From the IMG/VR virus record IMGVR_UViG_3300037488_003551, positions 64,001 to 128,000 of that record: a stretch of 64,000 nt of DNA, one strand, 5' to 3'. The notes beneath the pieces were generated by a model, which searched no databases, was not told the origin of the DNA, and worked only from the letters and a program-made list of their open reading frames with translations. The position numbers and the translations under genes were made by a program. Every line of letters starts with the position of its first letter. Within the stretch, counting starts at the first letter, position 1. The DNA comes from a virus. Shown piece after piece: positions 8,652 to 17,731 of the stretch.

Positions 8652-9047
8652 ATGTATTGTGACGGATACCCTGCATTCAAAATGGGACGACTGGTAGACA
8701 ACAAGCTCTATTACTGCGATGATTATGGCATGGAATTGAAGGAGGCGAAATGTTGGCGGACCGATATCCAATGTCACAAGTACTGCGTCTTGTTTAACGA
8801 CGGTACTAAGTATTTCTACTGTGATAATAAGCCCTCGGCCAAGAGCTGGCTGGCGGATTTCAAAGATAAGCAGAAGCAGATAGAGGATGAAAAGAAATTG
8901 TGCGAACAGAAAGAAGCAAAAATCGAGAGCCTTCACTCTGAACTCATAAAGTTGAGGGAAGAAAATTCTAAAATGAAATACGCTCTATCCGCAACTCTGA
9001 CTGAAAAGAAGTTGCGCAAAACGCGTGAAAAGAAGGTCAAAGAATAG
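8652..9047 (+). CDS. Hypothetical protein
   Basis: GAGGAGG RBS; coiled-coil C-terminus. Confidence 0.7.
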   Translation: MYCDGYPAFKMGRLVDNKLYYCDDYGMELKEAKCWRTDIQCHKYCVLFNDGTKYFYCDNKPSAKSWLADFKDKQKQIEDEKKLCEQKEAKIESLHSELIKLREENSKMKYALSATLTEKKLRKTREKKVKE

Positions 9048-9482
9048 ATGAATTGGTACCTCCTCATAGGCCTCGGCCTCCTCGCTTGGCTCACCCAGAA
9101 CGTCACGCACGAGCTCTCCCACCTCTGGTCCGGCTGGTTGTGGGAGGGCCGGCGCCCCAAGAAGCTCATCCCCTGGCCCCACATGTACGAGAAGCGCCTC
9201 TACTGGGCGCGCTACGATAGCGGTCCACCTACCAAGAATGGCACCCCGCGGCACCGCTACAGCGCCCCAATCCGCTGGGCCTGCGTCCAGTTCTGTGTGA
9301 GCGTCTCGCTGTTCTGCGTCTTGATAATTCGTCAAGACGAGGGCTGGGCCTACTTCCTACCTTTTCTTCTCGCTCCTCTAATAGATTCAAGTGTTTGGAT
9401 GTGGGGGTACTTGAGAAATAGGCCGGGCACGGACGGGGCATGTTGGCGAGAACAGCGTCGAATTGATAGGAGAATTTATTGA
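9048..9482 (+). CDS. Membrane protein with HExxH motif (possible intramembrane metallopeptidase)
   Basis: TM helix followed by THELSH; further hydrophobic segments. Confidence 0.55.
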   Translation: MNWYLLIGLGLLAWLTQNVTHELSHLWSGWLWEGRRPKKLIPWPHMYEKRLYWARYDSGPPTKNGTPRHRYSAPIRWACVQFCVSVSLFCVLIIRQDEGWAYFLPFLLAPLIDSSVWMWGYLRNRPGTDGACWREQRRIDRRIY

Positions 9483-9587
9483 TAATTTAGTAAATAGTTG
9501 ACGGATTATTAAGAGTAATTTGGAGTAAATTCTGAGAAAATGCAATGTACCGGCAATCGAAGCGTAGGTCAAGAGAGGACGAATTCG

Positions 9588-9980
9588 ATGAGAATCTGCA
9601 AGTTCTGCCGAACGGAATTCGGAGAAGCCCACCACGACCTCAACATCTGTTCAGGGTGCTGGGAGAAGAATATCACAAACCTGACTCTGACCGAGTATCC
9701 CTGCTCAAACAATGCTTGCGTCTTCACCCATGAGGGCGGGGAGGGCACGGCCAGGGGGTGCAACTGTTTGACCGATTTCCCCATGGCCGATGAAGTTCGG
9801 CGAGCTCTGCGCCAGGAGATTCGACTGAGCGGTATGCGCGCCACAAAAAACGGGCGCCGGCAAGCTATTAAATGGTTCGAGAAAGCTATCGAGGACCACC
9901 TCTGGAAGTCCGATGGAGTAGATGATAATATCCAAAAACAAATGGAGTACATTCTCGTACGAATGAAGATGGAGATATAA
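9588..9980 (+). CDS. Cys-rich hypothetical protein
   Basis: CKFC...CSGC...C.NNAC...GCNC. Confidence 0.6.
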   Translation: MRICKFCRTEFGEAHHDLNICSGCWEKNITNLTLTEYPCSNNACVFTHEGGEGTARGCNCLTDFPMADEVRRALRQEIRLSGMRATKNGRRQAIKWFEKAIEDHLWKSDGVDDNIQKQMEYILVRMKMEI

Positions 9981-9982
9981 CT

Positions 9983-10267
9983 GTGCTAAAAGAGATTTTG
10001 TTCGTGGTATGTGGATTGCTTTTTATTGGATTTATCGCAATCTGGAAAGAGCGCAATGAAGAAGTAACAGAGCTCGAGGATGCTCTTTCGAAAGAAAGAG
10101 TGGGGGATATTGGGTATAAAGAAAAGCTAGACAAAGCTCAGGCTGAGATCGGCGCGCTCAAAGCCGAGATTGAAAAGTCCACGGCTGTACTGCAGCAGTG
10201 TGTAAAAGAAGTAGAGACATGCAGCTCTATTGAATATGCTAGCCGAGCGTTGAGAATAAAGAGGTAA
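9983..10267 (+). CDS. Membrane-anchored coiled-coil protein
   Basis: N-terminal TM helix then heptad-like region. Confidence 0.6.
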   Translation: MLKEILFVVCGLLFIGFIAIWKERNEEVTELEDALSKERVGDIGYKEKLDKAQAEIGALKAEIEKSTAVLQQCVKEVETCSSIEYASRALRIKR

Positions 10268-10740
10268 TGTCGATGTACACCCGCGTCAAACCTGGCTCTC
10301 CTTGGTGGTGGTGGTTTTCCATCAATGGTAGACACGAGGTCTATCGCATCGTTCGAGATGGGAGCGGGGGCCTATGGGTCAACGATAATGGAGAAGGCTG
10401 TGCCCTCAAGGAATTCCGGGGTAAACCCATCGAGCCCGTGCGGCCGGCACAAGAGGTCGACACCCACGAGACCCTCTGCATGACCGCGGAAGAGCTTGCG
10501 AGCATGACGGGGGAATCCATCTTCTACATGGTCCAGCAGCAACGCACAGTTAAAGTAGAAGACCATGTCTTTTTCGATGTCTGGGCGGCAGTCCAACCCT
10601 TCTTCACTTTCAATGCCGCGGAAAAGTACATCCGTGACCATAACGCAGACCTACAAAATCCACGTGTCGTCGAGATGAGCGCCGAGGATAATCCAGAGTG
10701 GCGCGTGATTCAAAAGCTGTTCTTTAAAACCCAGGGCTAA
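10267..10740 (+). CDS. Hypothetical protein
   Basis: TAATG overlap; 157 aa. Confidence 0.7.
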   Translation: MSMYTRVKPGSPWWWWFSINGRHEVYRIVRDGSGGLWVNDNGEGCALKEFRGKPIEPVRPAQEVDTHETLCMTAEELASMTGESIFYMVQQQRTVKVEDHVFFDVWAAVQPFFTFNAAEKYIRDHNADLQNPRVVEMSAEDNPEWRVIQKLFFKTQG

Positions 10741-10762
10741 TAACAGAGAAAGAGGAAGAGTA

Positions 10763-11050
10763 ATGAGAGTCCTATTAATCTGGGAAATGATTCCCGAAAG
10801 CGCCGAAGCCTATGTCATCCAAGACCCCACGCAAGAGCAGCTGGATACGTTGCTCGCAGCGAATGAAACGTATATCGGTACCGACGATGATGACGCCGCT
10901 GCACTGATTATCAGTACTGCTATTGGGGACAAAGCGGATGCCGACCCCTATATCGACGAGAAATGGCATGCCATCTGGGAAAAATGCCGCGTCGAGTTCC
11001 CTGTGAAAGGTCCCATTGATTGGGTCGTGATTACAGGGTGTGCACTATGA
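10763..11050 (+). CDS. Hypothetical protein, paralog of 13092..13418
   Basis: Shared M.VLL.W...D.T..Q...L..A.E...I..A.GDK...W..IW. Confidence 0.7.
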   Translation: MRVLLIWEMIPESAEAYVIQDPTQEQLDTLLAANETYIGTDDDDAAALIISTAIGDKADADPYIDEKWHAIWEKCRVEFPVKGPIDWVVITGCAL

Positions 11051-11068
11051 CTAACGTAGAAAAAGGAG

Positions 11069-11380
11069 ATGGCACCCAGATACAAGAGTACACAACACCT
11101 TGTATCGGGTGCGGTTGACTTCTGTTGTAGAAAAAGTCTGTGTTGGATGGGAAAGAAAGACCCGGAAGATAAACACTGCTGTTATCTTTTATGGGATGGA
11201 GGGAAGTGGCGCTGTGAGCTCATTCTAAGAAGTAAAACAATTGGGAAAGCGCTCTACGCAGGAGAAGGCTGCTGTGCGGACCTGAATACCTATTTCCGTT
11301 ATAAAATAGTTCCCACCCCAAAAGACCTTGCGAACGAAAATGCTTTTCTGTGTGATTTGAAAAAGAGAAGGAAGAAGTAA
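11069..11380 (+). CDS. Cys-rich hypothetical protein
   Basis: AAGGAG RBS; FCCRKSLC...C.YL.W.G..W.C...GEGCC. Confidence 0.6.
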   Translation: MAPRYKSTQHLVSGAVDFCCRKSLCWMGKKDPEDKHCCYLLWDGGKWRCELILRSKTIGKALYAGEGCCADLNTYFRYKIVPTPKDLANENAFLCDLKKRRKK

Positions 11381-11381
11381 A

Positions 11382-11762
11382 ATGCGACTCCCAAAAGTAA
11401 CTGGCTACAATGGCCAGTACGATAAGCTTATTGAGAACGACCCGTTCGGGGGCACCGTCTTCTGGTCTCCCGGAGATATGACACAGTACTGCCTGGTCGC
11501 GCGCCGGCTGGAGTACGACGAGGCTCGAAGTTTGAGCGCTAGCCCGGGTTCCATGATAGTCTCCATGAGCACTGACCAAGAGAAGTGGACGACGGTTATC
11601 ATGGTCGAAGGGAATCTCTACCATTTGGATTACTTCATGGGCAAGGTCCATCACGGAGGGCCAAGCGTCTACACGATGACCGCGTACACGGCGCTTTTGA
11701 ATATGGTGCTGGGAAATGAATCCTACGGAGAAAACCTAGCCAAAAAGCTCCTAAAGAGGTAA
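11382..11762 (+). CDS. Hypothetical protein
   Basis: 126 aa, packed. Confidence 0.7.
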   Translation: MRLPKVTGYNGQYDKLIENDPFGGTVFWSPGDMTQYCLVARRLEYDEARSLSASPGSMIVSMSTDQEKWTTVIMVEGNLYHLDYFMGKVHHGGPSVYTMTAYTALLNMVLGNESYGENLAKKLLKR

Positions 11763-11766
11763 CGTA

Positions 11767-12120
11767 ATGGGTACACCGATACCTACGGATACCGTTTTGG
11801 CAGTCTCACAGGCGCGACAGAAACCGCTCTCTACCCCACCCAAAGGACCAGCGGGTCCCATCCTCTTTCAAGTCGAAACCATAGGTATCGGCCTATCTAT
11901 CGCCACCTCTGTCATCTGCTCCATGCTCGCCGGGGTAGTCCTGGGCTTCATCTTCGGAATGAACGTCCAGGGCTGCCCCGAGCTCTACTCTCGAAAAATC
12001 TTGGCGGACAAGTGCGTTTGCACCGATGGTCTGTGTGGCCTGTTCGCCCTTATTTCACAAGACGATGGCACACGCTTTTGGGCAGATACAAAAGCTGCCT
12101 GTAAGAAGGAACCAGAATGA
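11767..12120 (+). CDS. Membrane protein
   Basis: Central TM segment; GAGG RBS. Confidence 0.6.
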   Translation: MGTPIPTDTVLAVSQARQKPLSTPPKGPAGPILFQVETIGIGLSIATSVICSMLAGVVLGFIFGMNVQGCPELYSRKILADKCVCTDGLCGLFALISQDDGTRFWADTKAACKKEPE

Positions 12121-12515
12121 AATTTGTTTGGACGCTTGCTCTTTCTCTCGCTTGCGCCTTCGGGCTTAACAGCTGCGGAGCGCCCCAGGACTCGAAGAAG
12201 AAAGAGGAGAAGGTCATCATCGACCAGATCGGACCTATCTTCGTGTTCTGTATTTACGGGGTGAGGTACGGCTCGTATGGCCAATTCGCTGATAAGTACC
12301 TCGCTCCGCTCATGGGAACCGACGGCTGGCCGCTGCCCTGCAAGAACCCGACCCCCGAGAACTGCGAGAAAAAACTGCTCGCATGTCAAGTAGACTGCCT
12401 GGCCGACCAGTCCACCCTCCGCGAGCTCGAGGAGTGCGAAGGCCTGGATGCGTTCATCGACAAGTGCATCGGCGGGGACGGGACGAATGTGAAGCCTGAC
12501 CCCCATGGTAAGTAA
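12117..12515 (+). CDS. Putative lipoprotein/exported Cys-rich protein
   Basis: MK + hydrophobic signal ending LNSC (lipobox-like). Confidence 0.55.
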   Translation: MKFVWTLALSLACAFGLNSCGAPQDSKKKEEKVIIDQIGPIFVFCIYGVRYGSYGQFADKYLAPLMGTDGWPLPCKNPTPENCEKKLLACQVDCLADQSTLRELEECEGLDAFIDKCIGGDGTNVKPDPHGK

Positions 12516-12849
12516 AAAAAAGACGGAAGAGGTGGAGGTGGATGACGACCCCGAGGGAGAAATCATCCTCCTCCGCGACGACCGAAAAAAGACGCTATTC
12601 CGGCTACGAAGAATTTTTGAGACAAAGATGCAGCAGCTCGAAATCGTGTGCGCGCTTTTAAGAAGCGTGGGTCAGCAGCTTACGGTTTGGGAAAAGAATG
12701 AAAAGGTTCCTTTAAGAAAAAAGGACTGTTGGTTTTTAATGCAAACCCTAATGCATTTTTCAACGCAAAGAGAACATTCAGACCTATTGCAAAAAGAATG
12801 GGCTAAGAGGTTCTCTGGCAGTACACTGGAGGTAAAGGCAAAACAGTAG
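12505..12849 (+). CDS. Hypothetical protein
   Basis: 114 aa. Confidence 0.65.
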   Translation: MVSKKKTEEVEVDDDPEGEIILLRDDRKKTLFRLRRIFETKMQQLEIVCALLRSVGQQLTVWEKNEKVPLRKKDCWFLMQTLMHFSTQREHSDLLQKEWAKRFSGSTLEVKAKQ

Positions 12850-12860
12850 GGAGGTGGTCG

Positions 12861-13079
12861 ATGGAAGGACACATTTGGGGATTGAATGAGCTCCGAGGAT
12901 GTCGCGAAGAATATACGCCCGCCCATGAAAAGATTCTGGCTGTCCCTAAAAACTTCATAAAGCAACCCGTTATGGTCAGCGAGGGGGATATGGTATCATG
13001 GCATGGACTATGGCATCGTGTCTGTCGAGTGGACTACGACGAGGCGCGCGAGGAGCTCGTCATGATCCTTGCGCACTAA
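12861..13079 (+). CDS. Hypothetical protein
   Basis: GGGAGGT RBS. Confidence 0.65.
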   Translation: MEGHIWGLNELRGCREEYTPAHEKILAVPKNFIKQPVMVSEGDMVSWHGLWHRVCRVDYDEAREELVMILAH

Positions 13080-13091
13080 AAAGGAAAACAA

Positions 13092-13418
13092 ATGAGCGTC
13101 CTTTTAGTGTGGGTGAAATTTTCTGAACCGCATTGGCTCTTCGAGCTCGAGGATTTAACTGAAAAGCAGGTGCGGGTACTCAAAGAAGCCACGGAAGCTT
13201 TTGTGACTAACGAAGACCGCACGGAGCATTCGGCCACCCACAAAATAGCGGAGGCTGTTGGGGATAAGAAAAGAGATGTAGCTGACCCTGAATGGGATTC
13301 CATTTGGGTTAATAGTAAGATAATAACAAGAATGAAAAATCCAAGCACAGGTATATTCTGCTGTGGTTGGGGAGAAGAAACCGATCCAAAAGAACAGGAA
13401 AAAGTGTGTCATGTCTGA
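13092..13418 (+). CDS. Hypothetical protein, paralog of 10763..11050
   Basis: AAGGA RBS; shared motifs. Confidence 0.7.
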   Translation: MSVLLVWVKFSEPHWLFELEDLTEKQVRVLKEATEAFVTNEDRTEHSATHKIAEAVGDKKRDVADPEWDSIWVNSKIITRMKNPSTGIFCCGWGEETDPKEQEKVCHV

Positions 13419-13890
13419 CGAAATTATTACCACGAACACGGGCGTCAAAATCAATATCACCGCGGCTATCAAGGACCAGGCAGACGCGGAGCAGACCCTC
13501 TGTATTCTCTGCAACCACATCGATGAAATCGATGCTGCGCACAAAAAAGAAGTGGCGGAATTCAAGAAGGTGGCGGCTGAGAATGGAAGAAGGCTCGAGA
13601 GCTGTGAGCTCGAGGTTACACGGCACCTGAAAAGAGCGCTTGAGGAAATCTCTCTTAAGCTGCGGGCTGAGAGAAAAATAGAGCAGATGCAGAAGAAGCT
13701 CGAAGAAAACGAAGTCCGCAATCTTAAACAGAAGAAGCGTATTCAAGAGCTCGAGAATATCAATAGGACGATGAAGAGGTCTTCTGAAGAGACATTGGAG
13801 CAGATGAAGAAGAAGGTAGAGGAGGCGCTAATGCGCGTCGTAGCTAAAGAAAAGGCAGAGGACAACGCTGAGCCGGTAGTTCCAAAATGA
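13411..13890 (+). CDS. Coiled-coil protein
   Basis: E/K/R-rich heptads. Confidence 0.7.
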   Translation: MSDEIITTNTGVKINITAAIKDQADAEQTLCILCNHIDEIDAAHKKEVAEFKKVAAENGRRLESCELEVTRHLKRALEEISLKLRAERKIEQMQKKLEENEVRNLKQKKRIQELENINRTMKRSSEETLEQMKKKVEEALMRVVAKEKAEDNAEPVVPK

Positions 13891-14156
13891 AGGCACTCTC
13901 TTGGAGTTTAGCTTTAGCTGCGTTGGTTATTATTCCTCTCCTAATTGGAACGTGGGGGAAATCCAGTAACGCGAAAAAAGAAGAGACCATAATGGATTTT
14001 ACGCCCAAGAATAGAGCGCAGGTGGTTATCGATGATCAGGGAATCCTGGTCATCGGTTTCTGCTGGCAAGACCGCCCTTTCCTCGTCGCGACCCATAACA
14101 CTTTTGCCGGAGGCGGAGGCCTGCAGCTTTTGAAAGTAGAAGGGTGGTGTCAGTAA
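13887..14156 (+). CDS. Membrane-anchored hypothetical protein
   Basis: N-terminal TM helix. Confidence 0.6.
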   Translation: MKALSWSLALAALVIIPLLIGTWGKSSNAKKEETIMDFTPKNRAQVVIDDQGILVIGFCWQDRPFLVATHNTFAGGGGLQLLKVEGWCQ

Positions 14157-14509
14157 TGGAAGCTAAGGGAACAGAGGGGCGCAAGGTCCATCTCTATTTT
14201 ACCGACGAGAACGGTGAGTGGATGTGGGCCATTTGCATGCACGAGAATAGAGAATGGTGGCTCGATACGTATGACACGCACGATAATGCTGTGAGCCACT
14301 GCGAATCGATGCAATGGGAAATCGTAAGCAAGTCGTCAGCGGAGGGGTGGCACGGGAATGACCCCGAGGCTGCTTTTTCAGAACCCCGCTGCCCCTATTG
14401 TGGAACGGATAATCCAGCAAGAGCAGGCACCCTTTCTTGTCGGGGATGCTCTCGAACTTTTATAAGCTATGAGATACCTGCTGGGGTGGTTTACTGCACA
14501 CGTAAATAA
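14156..14509 (+). CDS. Hypothetical protein with C-terminal Zn ribbon
   Basis: CPYC...CRGC. Confidence 0.65.
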   Translation: MEAKGTEGRKVHLYFTDENGEWMWAICMHENREWWLDTYDTHDNAVSHCESMQWEIVSKSSAEGWHGNDPEAAFSEPRCPYCGTDNPARAGTLSCRGCSRTFISYEIPAGVVYCTRK

Positions 14510-14521
14510 GAAGGAGTTTTA

Positions 14522-14842
14522 ATGAAGGACTATGAAGCTCCAGGGACGTTTCGGTTGAAGCTGACCATGGAGGACATGCAGCTGACAGTGATGCGTTGTA
14601 TCCACGAGCATCTGACTGGGTTGGATGTAGAGATTAGCAAAGCTGTTAAAGAGATATGTACGCCTTCAAATATCATCGCTGAAATCAGACCCATAGCAGA
14701 GGAATGCTTACATCGAGCTCTAAAAGAAGAGATGGAAGCCTACTTTAAATACGGGCCTGGCAGGAAATCAATCAAGGCCGAGGTGTTCTCGTCTTTGGAT
14801 AGATTCTTTGCGAATCAAGTGGAGGATAAAGATGACCATTGA
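14522..14842 (+). CDS. Hypothetical protein
   Basis: AAGGAG RBS. Confidence 0.7.
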   Translation: MKDYEAPGTFRLKLTMEDMQLTVMRCIHEHLTGLDVEISKAVKEICTPSNIIAEIRPIAEECLHRALKEEMEAYFKYGPGRKSIKAEVFSSLDRFFANQVEDKDDH

Positions 14843-15404
14843 AAGATGTATCGAGTGCGAGAATCCCGTGGAAAGAACGGGTGAAGAGGCACTTTATATG
14901 GATGGCGAGGGTCCGCTTTGTGAGAAGTGCTTTGATTATAGCGCGCTGGAAGCGGAGCACCAAGAGGTCGTAGAAAAGCTCGAGGCCGAGGTGGAGCGGC
15001 TCAAGGAAGAAACGAAGCTCTTGCCGGAGCTCACTCGAAAGGCTGAGCGTTTTACAGAAATTTGGGACATCGCAACACAATCAAGAAGCGCAGATGCTGT
15101 ACAGTCGATGGAAGCTACATGGAGAAAATGGGAGCAGTTAAGGGCGGGAACCCATATACCCATGGAGCAGGCGTTGATTATGAAGATGGAGCTCGCGGCT
15201 GAGGTGGAGCGGCTCGAGGCGCACACCTGGGAGCAAGAGCGAGCGGCAGTGGTGGCGTTAGCAGCCGGGTGGATAGATGCTATGAGTCCAAGCCCTAATG
15301 AGCACAATCCGAGCATGTCCGCAAAATGTGAGGTTTTGTCAGAGCTTATTTGCATTATCGAACGCAGCGAGCACTGGCCGGAAGGAAGGAATAATCATGT
15401 CTGA
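14832..15404 (+). CDS. Modular protein: CIEC/CEKC Zn finger + AEVERL + HTWEQERAAVV + EHWPEG
   Basis: Modules shared with neighbours. Confidence 0.7.
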   Translation: MTIERCIECENPVERTGEEALYMDGEGPLCEKCFDYSALEAEHQEVVEKLEAEVERLKEETKLLPELTRKAERFTEIWDIATQSRSADAVQSMEATWRKWEQLRAGTHIPMEQALIMKMELAAEVERLEAHTWEQERAAVVALAAGWIDAMSPSPNEHNPSMSAKCEVLSELICIIERSEHWPEGRNNHV

Positions 15405-15672
15405 CACGCAGAATAATTACGGCGTTCAGATCGAGAAGTTGGAATGGAGGATTAGGGAATTAAGTAAAGAAGCAGAACACCTATCACAGATCGCCGCTCA
15501 TTATCTTGGTGAATCAACTGTATTGAGGGTTAAAGTGGCCGCGCTCGAGGCCGAGGTGGAGCGGCTCAAGAACCAAGTCAGTTTGGCAGCGTACGGTCTA
15601 GTTACAGAACCCGTCCAGTTGCCACATGACCACACCTGGAAGCAGAACGGGCGGCGGTGGTGGCGCGGATAA
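15397..15672 (+). CDS. Modular protein with frameshifted HTWEQERAAVV/EHWQEG tail
   Basis: LEAEVERL intact; CACACCTGGAAGCAGAACGGGCGGCGGTGGTG is the module with a 1-nt deletion. Confidence 0.6.
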   Translation: MSDTQNNYGVQIEKLEWRIRELSKEAEHLSQIAAHYLGESTVLRVKVAALEAEVERLKNQVSLAAYGLVTEPVQLPHDHTWKQNGRRWWRG

Positions 15673-15708
15673 ATCATATGGCGAGCACTGGCAGGAAGGA
15701 TGGGAGGG

Positions 15709-16170
15709 ATGAAGATTGAGAAGTGTATTGAATGTGATGAACCCACGGGTAGGGCAGGCAAGTGCGAGGAATCACTGTACGTGGAGGAGAGCGGGCCATT
15801 TTGCGAGGCATGTTTTAAGTGGAAGGCAGCACAGGTTGTCATGCCCACCGATTACGATAGGAGTATTCATTCGAATCCTGACGCGCAGGCGTGGGCTAAG
15901 TTTTTCTGCGAGACGTTTCCGGGGGCCGATGAGGCATTGATGATCGGATGGTTTGCCAATTCCATGATGGCTATGCACGATCATGTCAAAACAGAAGCCA
16001 AAGCCGAGGTGGAGCAGCTCAATGCCCACACCTGGGAGCAGGAGCGGGCGGCGGTGGTGAAGTGGCTAGGTAGTGCGAAAGACTCACATCCAGTTATCAT
16101 TAAGCTTCTGAGTTATGTGTTGGATTGCATTGAAAAGGGCGAGCACTGGCCGGAAGGCGAGAAGACATGA
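15709..16170 (+). CDS. Modular protein: CIEC Zn finger + DAQAWAKFF...GWFANSM domain + HTWEQERAAVV + EHWPEG
   Basis: GGGAGGG RBS; shared modules. Confidence 0.75.
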   Translation: MKIEKCIECDEPTGRAGKCEESLYVEESGPFCEACFKWKAAQVVMPTDYDRSIHSNPDAQAWAKFFCETFPGADEALMIGWFANSMMAMHDHVKTEAKAEVEQLNAHTWEQERAAVVKWLGSAKDSHPVIIKLLSYVLDCIEKGEHWPEGEKT

Positions 16171-16439
16171 CGTGTGAAATCGAAAAGGACAGGGAGTGGG
16201 TCGGACAATATGAATGTGCAACTCATGGGGTGTGGTACAGGGACAGCGACAAGAAGCCAAAGGAACTATGTCCAGTGGGGGAGGCCGAGGCGGAGGTCGC
16301 TCGGCTCAATGCCCACACCTGGCAACAGGAGCGGGCGGCGGTGGTGAAGTGGCTGCGCGGAGCGGGATGGATGGCAAACCCTAGGGACATCGAAACCGGG
16401 GAGCACTGGCAGGAAGGAGGAACAAATGCTAGCAAGTAA
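16167..16439 (+). CDS. Modular protein: C..H...CP domain + HTWQQERAAVV + EHWQEG
   Basis: ATGA overlap; shared modules. Confidence 0.7.
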   Translation: MTCEIEKDREWVGQYECATHGVWYRDSDKKPKELCPVGEAEAEVARLNAHTWQQERAAVVKWLRGAGWMANPRDIETGEHWQEGGTNASK

Positions 16440-16686
16440 ATTTGTTGAAATTTATGGAAATGAATTGATTGGAAAATGGGTAAATACCGAGAAAATGGGT
16501 TTGTTCCCTGGTGGACGAGCAATAGTTATTGATCTCGGTACAGACCCTAATGCCCCTGAGATTGTTATGAATGTTAAGGCCGATAATTGGCACGAAGAAA
16601 TAGGGGTATTTGACCATGAGGAAATAAACTTCTGGCCGGAAGGAGGGGCACCATTACTGACGATGAGTCAAATCTTAATACAATAG
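16426..16686 (+). CDS. Hypothetical protein, paralog of the C-domain of 5282..5854, ends in WPEG
   Basis: GN.LIG....TE.MG..PGG.AIV...D..AP.IV.NVK....EIG.F. Confidence 0.7.
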   Translation: MLASKFVEIYGNELIGKWVNTEKMGLFPGGRAIVIDLGTDPNAPEIVMNVKADNWHEEIGVFDHEEINFWPEGGAPLLTMSQILIQ

Positions 16687-16856
16687 AAGACTGTCTGCGG
16701 TTGTTTATTACAGGTGTGTATGAAGCATACGCACAGAATGGGATAGTTTTCAAATCATTAGATGATATGGAGACATCTCTTCGATGTCACGGATGGATTC
16801 CCAACAACGCACCTCTAGTGTTTTCTAAAAGCAAGTTGCTTGGGAGGGAGGGATGA
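16653..16856 (+). CDS. 67-aa ORF starting at ATT (non-canonical start or start-codon mutant)
   Basis: AGGAGGGG RBS then CACC-ATT; open to a TGA overlapping ATG16853. Confidence 0.4.
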   Translation: MTDDESNLNTIEDCLRLFITGVYEAYAQNGIVFKSLDDMETSLRCHGWIPNNAPLVFSKSKLLGREG

Positions 16857-17059
16857 CCTATAACACTAATACAAATAAAACACCGTGCACGTCTTGCGGT
16901 CGAGGTGACATCGAGGGCCAATGGTGGTCCTTATCGGGATATTCTACAGGCGATAGGTTGGTGTCGGGTTATTACTGTCCGAAATGCGCTCACAAAGTTT
17001 TTGATGAACGAAAAAAATATGATGACGAAAGGCGCTGCCTGGAAGGAGAAAAGCACTGA
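16853..17059 (+). CDS. Small Zn-finger protein
   Basis: CTSC...CPKC; GGGAGGG RBS. Confidence 0.65.
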   Translation: MTYNTNTNKTPCTSCGRGDIEGQWWSLSGYSTGDRLVSGYYCPKCAHKVFDERKKYDDERRCLEGEKH

Positions 17060-17060
17060 C

Positions 17061-17426
17061 ATGGATGAGTTAAAACCGTGCCCATTTTGTGGCTGTACTC
17101 AAGTTCTCGTATCACAACGAGATGGTGTGCCTTTAATTGCGTGCAATGAGTGCTGGGGAGAAAACCGGACGATTAAAGCTTGGAACCGGCGTGAAGAGGT
17201 CACAGCGCTAGAGGCCGAGGTGGAGCGGCTCAAGGCCAACTGGTTGGGAGCTTTTCTAGGCGTGGTAACAGCCGCCATGTTTGCGATGCTCAGCTGGGTC
17301 GCACTCCATAATCCAAATGGGTCACAATCTCTAATCGGCATGGTGTACGGTGTGGTGATGGCTATAGTGGTATCGCTGCTTCCGTGTGCAGTGTCCCTGT
17401 TGCAAGGGGAAAGGGTATGTAGTTGA
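17061..17426 (+). CDS. Lar-family restriction-alleviation-like Zn finger fused to LEAEVERL linker and two TM helices
   Basis: ELKPCPFCG...CNEC...AWNRR. Confidence 0.7.
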   Translation: MDELKPCPFCGCTQVLVSQRDGVPLIACNECWGENRTIKAWNRREEVTALEAEVERLKANWLGAFLGVVTAAMFAMLSWVALHNPNGSQSLIGMVYGVVMAIVVSLLPCAVSLLQGERVCS

Positions 17427-17728
17427 CGATGGAAAGAAGAAAACTGGAAATAGAACTGGACAGAGAAATAGCTGAAGAGAACGACAAAGTCTGGGAGATG
17501 CAGCATAGCCGCACGTTGGATAAGCTCCAGCGCATGGCTTTTATGTACATCCAGAGGGTCACGACGCTGCTCGAAATACTGCACAAAGTCGACCAGCTCC
17601 TCATGGTGAACAGGTCAAAGAAAGAAATCACACGCGCAGAGGCAGCGCTCTATATGCGGGCGTTTTCACTGTTCACACTCGCTGAAGAGAACATGGAGAA
17701 GGTCGAGGAAGAATTGAAAAGGAGATGA
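17423..17728 (+). CDS. Hypothetical coiled-coil protein
   Basis: 101 aa. Confidence 0.65.
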   Translation: MTMERRKLEIELDREIAEENDKVWEMQHSRTLDKLQRMAFMYIQRVTTLLEILHKVDQLLMVNRSKKEITRAEAALYMRAFSLFTLAEENMEKVEEELKRR

Positions 17729-17731
17729 GAT

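Larger units (their letters stand above)
14979..17236 (+). repeat. Dispersed coding repeats: GCCGAGGTGGAGCGGCTCAA (~6 copies), CACACCTGG.AGCAGGAGCGGGCGGCGGTGGTG (4), GAGCACTGGC[CA]GGAAGG (4-5)
   Basis: Copies read directly near 14979, 15197, 15541, 16003, 16284, 17206; 15222, 15631, 16027, 16314; 15369, 15683, 16141, 16401, partial 16633. Confidence 0.85.

Noticed and set aside
14979-17236. Repeats as a CRISPR array or DGR template/variable repeats
   Set aside because: Repeats are in-frame coding, irregularly spaced and non-palindromic; no cas or reverse transcriptase gene and no adenine-specific variation
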